64,000 nt of DNA from Flaccisagitta enflata (Eukaryota), in assembly GCA_965153355.1 (NCBI GenBank), contig OZ231126.1:5518001-5582000 (forward strand), given 5' to 3'. This document shows positions 13,060-27,323 of the stretch, piece after piece. Numbering within the stretch: the first letter of the stretch is position 1; each line of letters starts with the position of its first letter. Position numbers and translations under genes: made by a program. The notes below the pieces were generated by a model, which was given only the letters and a program-made list of their open reading frames with translations, made no database searches and had not been told where the DNA came from.

Positions 13060-13380
13060 CCCCCTGACTGAATGACGAGATAACAGCCGAACCGAAGTGG
13101 AGGCATCCATGCCCCCATGCTCTGTGTATCGAAATGGCAGCCAAACCAAAGTTGGGGGCATCCATGCCTTCATGCTCATTATATCGAAATGGCATCCTTA
13201 TCCTCTGACTGTGTATGTGTATCGAAATGGCAGTCAAACCAAAGTTGGGGCATCCATGCCCACTAGCTGTATATCGAATATGGCAGTCAATCCATAATGG
13301 AGGCATATAAGCCCTGGGGGGCAGGAGACTTAGTATCAAAATAGCAATCAAACCGTAGTGGTAACATCCATGCCCCAAAA
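13060..13380. repeat. Degenerate tandem repeat (ATCGAAATGGCAGCCAAACCAAAGTTGGGGGCATCCATGCC-like)
   Basis: About five related copies read directly. Confidence 0.65.
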
Positions 13381-13905
13381 GTAAGTGAGAGACGCGACCG
13401 AATCACAGTCGGACCATCAAATGCCACCGAAGCCAATTCTGGAGTCATCAAAATGCCCCCGAAGAAAATTCTGGAGGCGGCAGCAATTCTCGATCGATCC
13501 ATAATTCAGAATCGTCAAAAGCTTAACATGCTCCCAGTCAAAAATCTTTTTTCATGGATGATTTCGTGGCTGTGATCCGCGATTGTTTTGGGGATCATCA
13601 ATCATGAAAAAGACAACGATGATGAAACTAAAAACACATCTTTACAACAAAAAGAGCCTCGTAGAAATCCCTGATATGGAAAAGGGACAAAACCGCATTT
13701 TGATTGATTTCTTTTAGCCATTTTCCCATTTTGATCAGTGTAAACAGCATCACGCTTCCTAGAAAAAATACGGTAACACTGAGGATTGGAGTAATTTCTA
13801 ATATTTTACAGAAGTATTCCGCTTCGAGCTTCAATGCTCCAGTATGAATTGTTCTATACAGAATTGTATTGTTCCTCTCAGCGTACAGCCTCACTGAGGA
13901 TTGCT

Positions 13906-14057
13906 TTTTAGTTGCGGACACGCGAGTCTATAAGAGGCTTTGTCCGTCCGTCGGTCCGTCGGTCCGTTGGTAATGATCGAGTTGGAAAGTAAGAAAACGC
14001 GCATTTCCGCCCCTGCCCACCTATCCGCAACTGGTATTGGCCGTGTATCCGGCCTTG
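13906..14057 (+). mobile_element. Helentron-associated interspersed element (HINE/DINE-1-like), family 1, representative copy
   Basis: T-rich insertion site, 5' palindrome GTTGCGGACACGCGA, (GTCC/GTCG)n microsatellite, subterminal IR CCGCAAC, 3' hairpin GGCCGTGTATCCGGCC. About 20 related copies: ~1261, 10294, 14455, 15415, 15760, 17876, 31936, 41097, 42588, 43629, 46317, 46586, 46843, 47461, 48667, 49295, 53063, 53287, 54591. Confidence 0.75.
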
Positions 14058-14777
14058 TTGTAAAGGGTTGTACTTCTCGGGAATCTGCCACTATTTGTTG
14101 ATTATTTTGTTTAGAACTGCATTGTACCTCTCAGGATTGGATGAATACCTCTTTAAGCCTCTTTTGTCTGAAGTGAGAATCCAGTCTCAAGTCTCAAATC
14201 TGAAAACAGATCGACTGCCCCCAAAAAAGGGGAGCTAAAAGCCTAAATTGATCACATGCTTTTCCTCTCCTCCTCTTTTTCCCACACACAGATTGGTGTT
14301 GTTGTTGTTGTTGTTGTTGTCAGAGTGATTGGCTTTTCATCAATTCCTGGATGGCTTTATTTTTCTAAGGATGCTATCTCTTCTGCTTACTGTTTTCTAT
14401 CCTGTTGGCTATCCTGCATCTGTGCTAGGCCGCTCCATCCCTTACGCTTTGTTTCAAGTTGCGGACACTCTATAATAGGCTTTTTCCGTTCGTCCGTCCG
14501 TCCGTCCATCCGTCCATCCGTCCGTTGGTCTATCGGTCCGTAGGAGGTCATCGAGTTGAAAAGTGCGGAAAACGAGCGTTTTAGATACTTATTGTGCATG
14601 GTTTAGTGTGGGGGGTAGGTTGGAGTGTGGCTGGGGGATGGAAGCCCCTGCCCAGCCTTAAGCAACCATATTGTGATCCCGCGTCACTTGTTCTATCTCT
14701 CTCTCTCTCTCTCTCTCCAAAACATCATCCAAAGCATTTATCATGAGCAACAACATTATCCACAGCATTTTTTTCTT

Positions 14778-14839
<62 letters not shown>

Positions 14840-15104
14840 CCGTGTTGTAACTTGGAATTTTCCTGAGCCTCCGAAACGTCTTCATCAAAAAAGCAGCAAC
14901 AATCGCTGAGTGATGATCTCTCTCCCTCTCTCTCTTTTCCTCTTTCTCTTCCTCTCTTTCCTCCTTTCCCTCTCTCTCCTCTTCATCTTCCTCTCCTCTT
15001 CCTCGACCTCCTCCTCCTGCTCTTCCTCCTCTTCCAATTCTCGCTCCTTTTCACATCTACCTCGATCCTTCCCTTCTTCTTCTCTCATCATCATTGTTGT
15101 TGTT

Positions 15105-15139
<35 letters not shown>

Positions 15140-18100
15140 CCATTCAAACTGCTCCCTCTTCTTCGATCTTTCGTTTGGATATTCCTAACTTTTTAAAGCT
15201 TTTATTTAGTTTTATATTTAAAGTTCTTAAATTCAACCTTCAATCTGGACTACCCCGTACCTGCCCACGTGACTCTATCTCTATCTCTATCTCTAGTTTT
15301 GTCTGTATGTACAGCTGCACAGCTGTCAAATAATCAGTTACTTGAAAAAAGACGCTTAAATATCGAAAAACCAAAAAAAAAGAAAAAAGATCAAATTTAC
15401 CATCAAAATTCAACAAGTTTCGCAGGGTCACAATATCGTTGCGGACGGTTGGGCAGGGGCATCCAACCCAAATCCTATCCCACACACAAACATACACAAT
15501 AAGTTTCCAAAACGCTCGTTTTTCCACTTTTCAACTCGATCATTACGCGGACCAACGGACAAATGGACGGACAAAGCCTCTTATGTAGTTGCGTGTCTGC
15601 GACTAAAAACATACGACTAAAATTAGTAATATTTTTTGTACAATCCTTAAATGAGTATTTGCAAAAAGTGGACGTATAGTTGTGTGCAACGAGTGCTCCC
15701 TAAAAATAAAGAAACTAATTTAGCATCATCGCGTAAAAACGTGACCATCAAGAATTTCTTTTCAGTTGCAGACACGAAACTCTATAAGAAGCTTCATCCG
15801 TCTGTCCGTTGGTCCGCCCGTTGGTCCGCGGTCATTGAATTGAAAAGTGGGAAAACAAGTGTTTTTGATACTTTTTGTGCATGCTTGAGCTTTGTCCGTC
15901 TGTTTGAGCGTTGGGGATGGGTATGGGTGTGAATGGGGGAAGATTGCCCCTGCCCACCCGTCCGCAACGATACTGTGACCCCGCGTCACTTGTTCCTCTT
16001 CTTGTAACAACAAATTCTCCTCGGTCCCTCGATCGCCTCAACATCCAACAGTCAACCTTAACTTTAAATCGAGTTATGATGTTATTTCTTTTTAAAGAAA
16101 ATTAACCTGTTTAATAGCTAAGAATCAAGTTAATGTTAAAGTTTTTTTCGTCCTTATTTTTCCTCTGTAAAGGGAGAATCGACTTTCTGCCCTTCTGCTT
16201 CTATTAGCCACGGATCGAGTTAAGATTTTGGGTTGAAAACCAACAAATTTTACTGCGCATATTATAAAACGGAATACTTTACTAGCTTCATTGGCCCAGC
16301 GTTAAAGAAATGAACTTTAAAGAAATCCATGAGCGGTAAATTCATTCATACTCATGCTCATGTACATGATAAAAGATTGCGCAAGTATTATCAATTTCCC
16401 ATTATATAAGAAGACATACCACTTATTAAGTTATTCTCCTCCTCTCTACAATATAACCTTTTACTTGATGCCTTTTACTTCGACATGACAATGATGACAT
16501 AATAACAAAAGAGAACATATTCATGTTTATGGATACGACAGGGACAAACTTACATCTATCCTCAGATTGTCACAAAGTCAAAGAAAACGCAAGTGAAATA
16601 AGTAGTCGCAAAAGCGTTAGATGGTCAGCGGTACCCGTGCCCTGCAGGGCCCTGCGAGGCAGCGGTCCCGAAGGGGTCAATGACCTATGCTTTCACACAT
16701 GGGGGATTTTCTCCTTCTCCTCCATCTTCTTCATCTCCGTCCCTCCCCCCTCAAATCCCAGTCTCGAGGCCTAAATTCCAGTCTCAAGGCCAAAATCCCA
16801 GTCTCAAGGCCCAAATCCCAGCCTTGAGGCTAGGATTTGGGCCTTGAGGCTAGGATCTGGGCCTCAAGGCTTAAATTTGGGCCTCGAGACTGGGATTTTG
16901 GCCTTGTGACTGGAATTTACGCCTCGAGACTGGAATTTGAGGGGGGGGACAAAAAAGAAGAAGGAGAGGGAGAAAATCCCCCATATGTGTGAAAGCATAG
17001 GTCATCGACCCCTTCGGGGCCGCTGCCCAAAAAAGAAGAAGAACTTCAACGTACACAGATATGAAACAGAAAAGTAAAACGGTGGGTCGGACGGACGGAA
17101 CGTAATTCAGACGCATGTAAAGTTGTTTGATGTGATGGATCAACCAAGTGACTCTGCCCTCTTGCTATGATTGAAAGATGGACGGACAGACGTATGAACC
17201 AAATATACAAATGACTTTGTGCAATTGTGTGACAAACGGACAGACTGATGTAAGTTTATAACCTCAGCCTGGCCTGTGTTTGACGTTTTATGTGTGCGCA
17301 CTCACTTTCTTAACAAAATAGAAGACCGTGAAACCGAATATTAATTATCACTCACTTGAGCAAAAAAAAGTTTGAAAAGCAAAAAAAAAGACACGAAGAA
17401 TTCTTTGAAGTTGAGAAAGTCGAAACTCAATTCCATTCCAAAGAAAGAAAACTGAGAAAAAAATGTCTGGAAAAATCTGGCCAAGTTTTGGCAAAGGGAA
17501 CATTTTTAGGAATTTGCACCTCTTATTTGGCTTCAATGGGGAAATGGATTTTCTATTCTTTTCCCGAGGAAGGAAACAAAGAGCAAAAACAATGCTCTTG
17601 AGTATATCTCTCTCTTTCTCTCTCCCCCTCATCCCCCCAGTTGGTTTCTATCAGTCTTTCTTTTCATTCTCGTCCTAGATGTATGATGGTCTTTATATTC
17701 ACCAGCATTAAAGAGTTTGCTTCGTATAATTCTTTTATTTGGTCTAAAGAATTTAGTTTGACAGTTTGAGAATTTTCTGTTCCATTGTGATGCCATTTAC
17801 TCCGAGGGGCCGTTCCATGCCATCAATAACATCTTTCTTTCTTTTTTCGCAACCATCTTCTTTTCATTGGAGCTTTTTTTAGTCGCATGCACGCGACTCT
17901 ACAACCCGCTTTGTCCGTCCGTCCGTTGGTCGGTATGCTGTCAAACTTGTCTTTTTTTTAATTTTTCAGCGTTTACGGGGGTTTACTGCATTAATGCTCC
18001 TGCCCAAATGCATGGTCTGCTTTTTAGTCGCGTGCTACGCGACTCTATGAACCGCTATGTCGGTTGGTCGGTCGGTTGGTCGGTTGGTCTCCGTTAGTTT

Positions 18101-18245
18101 TTTTTTTTGCGTTTTTGGGCTTTTTTTGCATTACTGCTTCTGCTTTTAGTTATTTTGTCTTTTGGTCTTTAGGTCTTTAGTCTGCCCCTGCCCACCAGCA
18201 CGCGACTAAGGTAGCCGAGTACGTATCCGGCCTTTTTTCTATTCA

Positions 18246-18306
<61 letters not shown>

Positions 18307-18314
18307 CTCTCTTT

Positions 18315-18736
18315 TGGGCAGCGGCCCCAAAGGGCCGATGTCCTGTAGGACACAGGGGTGAATTTCCAGACGTCTGTACGTCCGTCCGTACGTCCGTACG
18401 TCCCCCCCCCCGAGGTCTCTCTCAGACCCCAAATCAGCTCTCTCAGGCCCAAAATCAGCCCTCTCAAGCCCAAAATCAGTCCTCTCAGGCCCAAAATCAG
18501 CCCTCTCAGGCCCAAAATCAGCCCTTTCAGCTCCAAAATTAGCTCTCTAATACCCTAAATCAGCCTTGTCAGGCTCAAAATCAAGCATATCAGCCCTTTA
18601 ATGTGCTTTCTCAGGACGTCTGGAAATTCACCCCCTTTGGGGCCGCTGCCCTGCTCTCACTCCACTTCTTCAGTTGATCACTCCTAGCAGGGCATCGGGT
18701 ACCGCTGACCATGTGCGATCCTTGGATGACTAGTTT
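18315..18736 (+). mobile_element. HINE-like element, family 2, with internal 21-bp minisatellite
   Basis: IR GGGCAGCGGCCCCAAAGGG ... CCCTTTGGGGCCGCTGCCC, internal (CAGCCCTCTCAGGCCCAAAAT)n, conserved 3' tail; related copies ~16610-17030, 35850-36250, 53643-54342, 55281-58826. Confidence 0.7.
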
Positions 18737-19362
18737 AATACTTTGTTGATAAAGATCTCTCAATAACCTTCTGTTCAAACTCGATCAACCATGTCATTCT
18801 TTTTTTTTATTCTTTTTTCTTTCAATTTTGCAGCCTGGGACAGAAAAAAAGGAGAAAAAATTCTTCCTCTCCAAAAAAGAGGGGGAAAAATCATTTCTTT
18901 GAGGAAAGAAGGGAAGACAGCAAAAAGAAAAAAATCCCAGTTTCCTCTTTTTCCTCCTCAACCTTCTCCTCCTCCTCTTCTGCTTCCCTTCAAGTGGAGA
19001 CGCGACCGTCAGACATGCGATAACCTAAATTTTGCCACGGATTACCACTGGTTCCAAATTCCACATCCTCCTCCTCCTCCTCCTCATCATCATCATCATC
19101 ATCATCATTATCCTCCCTTTCTTAGAGAATTCCGAATTTTCTTTCATAACGAAAAAAAAAAATAATTCCATGAAATATCTGCTGGACCGAAGAAAATAAG
19201 AAAACGACGCAATTTCAAGTGAATATGTAAAAAAAAAGATAGAAAATCAGTTATTCGTTGATTGAAATACATACAGCGTAAAGACGAATAAAAAAGATAT
19301 AAATAAGAAATTGCATACATAGAAAATATACAACGACAACAGCAACAGCAAAAACAACAACA

Positions 19363-19836
19363 ATGACGAAGTTATCGTCGACATCGGAGAAGCCCCCGGC
19401 GCAGGAAGTAGTTCACATGGAAGATGAAGACGATTCATCCTCTGAAAGCGACGACGACTTGAAGAAGAACATCTACAACGAGATCCCGGAATACGACGAC
19501 GTCGACGAAGTCAAGCTCGCCGTCAGCGGACTCAAGGATGTCGACGATGTCAAGTTGACCGTCAGCGGTCTGGATAACACCAGCAGCATGGATGCGGTTT
19601 TGAGACAACAAAATCTCGCCAACGAAAACTTGTATTCTGAAATTCGTCCAAACGACGAACGGTTCGAGAACGCCCTCTACATGGAACACGAGAAACAACG
19701 GGAATTTGATGAAGGCAAAAAACAACAGAAGAGCAACTTGATTATTGGTGGAGGAGCAGTTTTCCCTTCCATGTCACCCAAAACGAGAAGTTTCTTCCCA
19801 GCCGCGCCCCTGCCCTCCATTCCTTCTTCACAAAAG
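19363..19836 (+). CDS. SUEL-lectin type II membrane receptor, exon 1 (cytoplasmic tail with tyrosine motifs)
   Basis: ATG 19363, 158 codons, AAG|GTCGGT donor, phase 0; motifs IYNEI, EYDDV, LYSEI, LYMEH. Confidence 0.75.
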
Positions 19837-20195
19837 GTCGGTTTTAGCATGGGAATAAGATTTATGGCTGAGTCCAATTAATTGCCCCTGCCTTGACCCT
19901 GCCCTCCATTCCTTCTTCACAAAAGGTCGGTTTTAGCATGGGAATAAGATTTATGGCTGAGACCAATTGAATGCCCCTGACTTGACCCTGCCCTCCATTC
20001 CTTCTTCACAAAAGGTCGGTTTTAGCATGGGAATAAGATTTATGGCTGAGTCCAATTAATTGCCCCTGCCTTGACCCTGCCCTCCATTCCTTCTTCACAA
20101 AAGGTCGGTTTTAGCATGGGAATAAGATTTATGGCTGAGACCAATTGAATGCCCCTGACTTGACCCTGCCCTCCATTCCTTATTCACAAAAGGCG
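19808..20195 (+). repeat. 89-bp tandem repeat duplicating exon 1 end and its splice donor
   Basis: Unit starts 19808, 19897, 19986, 20075, 20164; alternating A/B variants give a 178-bp higher-order unit. Confidence 0.92.
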
Positions 20196-20378
20196 GGTTT
20201 AATTGTAAAAATGCCCCTGCCCTCAATCCCCTCTTCTTTATAAGTTGTGCATTATGGCGGAAGTCGAATGGATGCCACTGCTTTCACAAATTCCTTAACA
20301 AGTGTGGCTCCTGCCATGCCTTTATCCTGACTTTCACTTCCTCCTCATAATCACCTCTCCTTTCCAACCCCTTGGCAG

Positions 20379-20904
20379 ATCCCCGAGGAGCCCGAGCCTT
20401 CGTGGTGCTGCGGAACTCGTCGTCGACGCCGCCGCAGCCTCGTCCTTGGACTCTTCATTTCCACTTTGTTCCTCCTCTTCCTCTGCGTCGCACTGCTCGT
20501 CAGGATGTACGTCCCGATATCAGATGACAACAGCAGCAGCAGCAGCAGCAGCAAAGGTGGGTGGAACTACGACAACCGCAAAGCCGAGGCATACAAAGCC
20601 GCTGCTCCAGAGGGCTTTGACAATGCTCCTTGGCTGACCGCTGATGAGATGATTCCACTATTGGAGGATGAAATCCTCAACGACGGTGTTGATCAGGATG
20701 ATGATGATGTTTTTGAGTCGACAACAACAGCAGCAGCAGCAGCAACAGCAACCATGATAGCAGCAGACAAAGTGAAAGAGAACGACAAAGAGGAAACCGT
20801 CCCGTCGTCGCCGTCGTTGGCAGCGCTGACCCCGGAAGAGGTCCAGGCCAACAAAACGACGACGACGACGACGACGACAAAGATGATTACGTCATCTCCC
20901 CCAG
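20379..20904 (+). CDS. SUEL-lectin receptor, exon 2 (TM helix + acidic/Thr-rich stalk)
   Basis: TTGGCAG acceptor, phase 0; WCCGTRRRRR followed by SLVLGLFISTLFLLFLCVALLV (positive-inside, type II anchor); CAG|GTTCCC donor, phase 1. Confidence 0.8.
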
Positions 20905-21561
20905 GTTCCCCTTCCCTTACTTTGTTTAGCCTTAGCATGTACCATTAGCCTTAGAAAAGGACATGAAAAATGCACTTAAGTTGTTTTATTTTTGGCACTG
21001 AAATATGACACATGCAATAATCAAGACAATGTCCCCGTTGGATGGTGACTGAATTGACAATGCCATTTCGTTGAGAGACTGATTGACATGATACATGACA
21101 CACATGACATGACACGATTGGCAATCGACATGACACATGATACGATGAGAAATTGGACAGTTATAAATAGATTTTAGTTATCGTCACCTTTGCTTAATGG
21201 ACTTATTGACATAACATAAATTGGGTGCCGGAAATTATAGCGCCTCCAAAATAGCAGCCTCTAAAATAGCAGGCTTGGAAATAGCACGGCCGATTATAGC
21301 ACACCGAGATTATAGCAGCTCTATTATAGCACACCGAGATTATAGCAGCCTTATTTTCCAAAAAGAGACAAGTAAAGGCCATGCTCATGATAAGATAGAC
21401 AGATGATGATGCTGATGATGATACTGATGATCATGATGATGATGATGGATATATTGATATGGACTATTGTACAAATGTTAGGAACTATCATGACATAATT
21501 TGGAGTGGAAAATATTGTAGTTTAGTATACAAACAAGATATGCATATGTACTGCAAAATGT

Positions 21562-21598
<37 letters not shown>

Positions 21599-21624
21599 CT
21601 GTCGCTATAATCTCGTCGCCATTT

Positions 21625-21702
<78 letters not shown>

Positions 21703-21751
21703 TTTTTGCCGATTAAGAGAAAAACGTTAGGAAATTATAAACAGTCATAGA

Positions 21752-23975
21752 AACAAGCCCAACAGGCCAACAGTCGCGTGCTAAGTTACACAAAACTACA
21801 CAACTTCATGCTACACACAACTACATAACTTCATACTTCATACTTAACATACTACATACTTAACATACTACATACTTACTTACATACTTACATACTTACA
21901 TACTTACATACTTACATACTTACATACTTACATACTTACATTATTACATACCTAATTACATACTTACATATTTACATACTTACATACATGCTTACATATT
22001 TACTTACATACTTACATACATACTACATACTTATATACTTACATACATACTTACTTACATACTTACATACTTACTTACATACTTACTTACATACTTACAT
22101 ACATACTTACTTACATACATATGTACATACATACATACATACATACTTACATACTTACATACTTACATACATACATACATACATACTTACATACTTACAT
22201 ACTTACATACTTACATATTTACATATTTACATACTTACTTACATACTTACTTACATACTTACTTACATACTTACATACTTACTTACATACCTACTTACAT
22301 ACTTACTTACATACTTACATACTTACCTACATACTCACATACTTACACACTTACCTACTTACATACTTATATACATACTTACTTACATACTTACATACTT
22401 ACTTACCTACATACTTACATACTTACATACTTACATACTTACATACTTACATACTTACATACTTACATACTTACTTACATACATACTTACATACTTACAT
22501 ACTTACATACTTACATACCTAAATACTTACTTACATACACTTACCTACTTACATACTTTCATACATACTTACTTACATACTTACATACATACTACATACT
22601 TACTCATTTCTTACATACTTTACATAGATACTTACTTATATACTTACCTACACACTTACATACTTACCTACATACTTACATACTTACGTACTTACATACA
22701 TACTTACATACTTACATACTTACATACTTACATACTTACATACTTACATACTTACATACTTACATATCTACATACTTACTTACATACTTACATATTTACC
22801 TACATACTCACATACTTACATACTTACCTACTTACATACTTACATACATACTTACTTACATACTTACCAACATACTTACCTACATACTTACATACTTACG
22901 TACTTACATACTTACATACTTAATTACATACTTACATACTTACTCACATACTTACATACCTACATACTTACATACTTACATACTTACCTACATACTCACA
23001 TACTTACCTACTTACCTACTTACCTACGTACATACATACTTACATACTTACCTACATACTTACATACTTACCAACATACTTACATACTTACGTACTTACA
23101 TACTTACATACTTACATACTTACATCATTACATACTTACATACTTACATACTTACATACATACTTACATACATACTTACATACTTACATACATACTTACA
23201 TACCTACATACCTACATACTTACTTACATACTTACCTACATACTCACATACTTACCTACATACTCACATACTTACTTACATACTTACTTACTTACATACT
23301 TACCTACATACTTACATACTTACATACTTACCTACATACTTACATACTTACGTACTTACATACTTACATACTTACATACTTACATACTTACAAGGGATCT
23401 TTAATGAAGCTTATGTTTACATGCTCAAACAATTAAGGCCACTAAGGCATTGCGTTAATGCTTTAAGGCCACTAATGCACAAAATTACTCAAAAAATATA
23501 TTTGTCCAAAAATACCTAAAAATACCCAAAAATACCCCTGTATACCCAAAAATACTAAAAATTTATTAAAACACATCAAAAGTACCTATAACAACCCAAA
23601 AATACCTGAAAGCACCCTAAAGTACTTTAAGTACCTAGAATAACTTAAGTACCATAAAGTACCCTAAAGTACCCTAAAGTACCCTAATGTACCCTAAAGT
23701 ACCCTAAAGTACCCAAAATTAATGAAAAATCATCAAAAGTAGCTATAAGTACCCGAAAACACCTAAAAGTACCCTAAAGTACCTTAAGTATCTAGAATAA
23801 CTTAAGTACCCTAAAGCACCCTAAAGTACCCTAAAGTACTCTAAAATACCCTAGAGTACCTTAAATTACCTTAAAAAACCATAAAAAGTCATAATTTCAA
23901 AAATGTGACGGACCGACGGACCTACCGACCGACCGACACGGCAAAGTGTAGAGTCGCGTGCACGCGACTAAAAAA
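21752..23975 (-). mobile_element. HINE copy inflated by ~1.6 kb (ACTTACAT)n satellite (21820-23390)
   Basis: Both termini and the AGGGTACTTT sub-repeat match the compact ~470-bp copy at 46843-47312 on the opposite strand. Confidence 0.75.
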
Positions 23976-24730
23976 GCTTGGAAGTAGATGCCTTTTTGCT
24001 AACATTTTGCCATTTTTTATTGATTTCCCATGACTATTTCTCTTGGTTTGATTCTTTTTTTCCAAACTATTGTACAAAAAGATGTGGAGTTGGACTAGAG
24101 ATAAAGATATTTATTGTGGTTAAAGAGAATTCGTAAAAAGATTCACATTTTTTTATGGAATACAGTGATATTTCCTAAAATTATACTTATGAAAATCGGT
24201 TTCTTTTTGTAAGCGTGGTTATTAAGGGAAAAAATTTAAAATTGTGAGGTTGTTTTTCATTGGTGCCAAAAACTACAGCTAAAAATCTTTGATTTGGGAC
24301 CAATCTCAGCTCTGTAGCTCAATCCGTTTAGAAATGAGAGCCTCTTAAAGAAAAAGTGTGTATGGGCAACAAAAACAAAATTTGCATCACAAAAAATAGC
24401 CTCATCGCTTCAGGTTGTGAATATGTAAAATTCTTAGGTAACTGATTAATTATCTTTGCATGAGCAAATATCGGTTTTTAAGAGCTCTTTAGAACTTTTT
24501 TTTCAGAATGGGATTATATTCTCTAGAAGCTGAGATACATCAATTCTTTATGTTACAACTGTGTTGGTACACCCTGTATGTAGAATTTGAATGAAAGATG
24601 TTTGTTTTTTAATGAGTCATACTGTAAAACGATCATAACCATAGGGATCACGATGTGTGGCTCTTTGCGTATCCAAAATCATTCCTCCAAGGCTGAAAAG
24701 GAACAAATTTGGTGCTGTTTTCGAATTCGG

Positions 24731-24948
24731 TGATGTCTTTTGTTTTACTGACTTTCTAAGCGGGTTTTTATGTAGGGTTAGGGGAAGGGTTAGGGTTAAG
24801 GTTGGGGTTGGGGGTGGTTTTAGGGTTAGGGTTAGGGTCAGAGCTAGCGTTAGGGCAAGGTGAGAGCTGTGTTAAATACATTTCAACCCGAATCTACACG
24901 AATTAAAGCTTCGCCCAAACGGGAAAACCTGATAAAAACAAAAGATCA
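24731..24948 (+). mobile_element. MITE with internal degenerate (TTAGGG)n; second copy at 58892-59110
   Basis: Ends TGATGTCTTTTGTTTT / AAAACAAAAGATCA; two near-identical dispersed copies. Confidence 0.7.
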
Positions 24949-26180
24949 GTGTCGTCTTCAAAATTTTTTCCACAAATTTTCATGGAGAAAGTCCAACGAA
25001 AATGAAGGGATGATTTGCCCCTCAATTTCACTGCTGAGAGGACGGGGATTCATAGTTGATTGAAACTTGAGGAGGGCGAATATGAAGGGGATTTGATATT
25101 TAGATACAATTTTGTAGACCGAGTTCTTCAAACTTTCAAGCAATTTTTTTTCAGCACTTTCACACTAATTTATATCAATTTTGATATCACGCGACTAAAA
25201 ACCTGCTTGGCGGCATTCGACAGCTTTTTCTAAGCTCTTTCTAATGGTCACCGAATTTAGATGATTTTATGAAACTAAGCAGGCCTAAATATTATTGAGT
25301 TTGGGGGGGGGTTGAGACGGTAATTTTGAGCAAGATGGTATATGTGTACTTGTTACTTATCTGCGCGGTGTGAGAACCAAATGAATCTTGATGAGTTTTG
25401 ATCATCAGCATGAACACTCCTAAGTATATGCGTACTCTTTACTTATCTATGGGCTTGAGAACCAAATGAGTTGTGTTCATCCTAGTTTCCAAATGATTTA
25501 CAGCTAAGCATGACTTATCAGTGTTGACAGATATTATCATTACTCTTATTCCAGCTTAGTATTAACATAACTGAGCACTGTTAGATCCTTTTGACATATA
25601 GATTAGCTTGCACCCAGTCTTTTTTTGTCTTTTTATGTAAAAAATAGGGCTGCTATAATCTCGGTGTGCTATAATAGAGCTGCTATAATAACGGTTGTGC
25701 TATAATGGGCTGTGCTATTTCCGAACCTGCTATTTTGGAGGCTGCTATTTTGGATGCGCTATAATTTCATGTATCCCATAAATTGACATAATTGACATAA
25801 ATAACAGACGAGGCTGCTTGCTTCATGAGCCTCGATGTATAACATAGTAACTGCGCCAATATTGTCACGCAATTTGAGCGCTGATGAATTTATTTCCATC
25901 CTGCACTAACATATATGGCATGGCCATGAAAATTCCCCTGGCCTGGCCTGGTTATGGCGACCTTAACAAAAAGAGAGATCGAGTCTAGTCTGCGCCAATG
26001 AGCTGAGTTGCTGCTCAGCAAGATTCCTGTCGTTTTGTAGCGGTTAAATCGCACTGTTTTCATCACTGTTTTGTTAAGCACGATTTAGAAAAAGTTCTTT
26101 TTGTTTAAATCCCTTTTAAAAAGTTATATCTTCCAACCCTCTCTCTTCATTCCAACCCCCTTTACTGATTCCCCCTTCAG

Positions 26181-26314
26181 GCGAATACATTTCGACTGCT
26201 GAGTTTTTGTCTTCGTCTTCTGAGGATGACTGGGAAGTGGCCAATCAAGTCGTTCCTACTGAAAAGATCCCCGAGAAGATCAGAGTCACAGAATCCATCT
26301 GCACAAGCTGGCAG
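26181..26314 (+). CDS. SUEL-lectin receptor, exon 3 (stalk and first Cys of lectin domain)
   Basis: CTGAT branch-like site + CCCCCTTCAG acceptor, CAG|GTATGT donor; phase 1 to 0; GEYISTAEFL...VTESICTSWQ. Not in the ORF track. Confidence 0.78.
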
Positions 26315-27119
26315 GTATGTGTACAGGATGATGTGTATGTGCAGGTGTAATCTTATACTTAAAATCCATCTGCATAAGCTGGCATGTATGTGGAGATAAA
26401 GTGTCCAGCACTGAGTGATTGTTTGAGGATTGTTGGAAGATTGTTTAAGGATTGTTGATATGATGAAGAACAAAGATTGTCACTGAACATTAATATTGAA
26501 TGTTTGATAGTGCTGATGGTTTATTCTGTAGAATGGTCTATCAAGGGGTGGCTGATTTGTACAGGCGTGTGTCTTTGTTGTTTGTTTGTTGTTCTTTGTT
26601 TCTTTTGGTTTGTTTTCTTTATTGGGTATTATCGAAGCCGCAGGTCCGTACATTCAAGAATGGCGTGTCTGCTTTGTTTTCCTTTCCCTCCTTTTGTCCC
26701 TCAAAAGTCTTTGATTTGTTACCTTCAAGCATGTGTCAATGTTTTGTTTTGTTTTTGTTACGATTTCTTCCTCTCAACGTGATACCAACAGTCCAAATAA
26801 AAGATGAAACCACAAAAATGTTTTTGAAAGAAAGATCGAATTTGATACTGATAAGCTATTCGGCGGTTTTTAACGTGCATCTAGGAAGTTAGCAAAAACA
26901 AAAGAATCAGGGGGAATGAGTTTTGGTTTAGGGGATTACAGAGGGCGGAGGAATGGGAGGAAAAGGATACGGGAATTCTAGGGGCGGAAGAACAAGTTTT
27001 CATGAGGGTTTTTTGGGGGATGAAGTTTCGGAAGTAATTCGAGAAGTGGAGTCAAAAATGTTTAGATTTTCGAGGACAAAAATAAAAAGACGGGGAAAGA
27101 CAGCTGGAATTGGCAGTAG

Positions 27120-27120
<1 letters not shown>

Positions 27121-27201
<81 letters not shown>

Positions 27202-27280
27202 TGGAGAAGTGTATATGACAGGCAAAATAGTATGATGTGGTTGCGTTGTGCGAACAATGTAAATGTGATGCGGTTTCGCA

Positions 27281-27323
<43 letters not shown>

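Larger units (their letters stand above)
21224..25776. mobile_element. Non-autonomous Mutator-like (MULE/foldback) element in lectin intron 2
   Basis: 9-bp TSD CATAAATTG (21215-21223, 25777-25785), GG...CC ends, ~135-bp imperfect TIRs built of ATAGCA sub-repeats. Confidence 0.82.

Noticed and set aside
21988-22923. 311-aa LTYLHTY ORF
   Set aside because: Reading frame through the ACTTACAT satellite.
24775-24860. TTAGGG repeats as telomere or fusion relic (also 58933-58992)
   Set aside because: Short, degenerate and internal to two copies of the same MITE.
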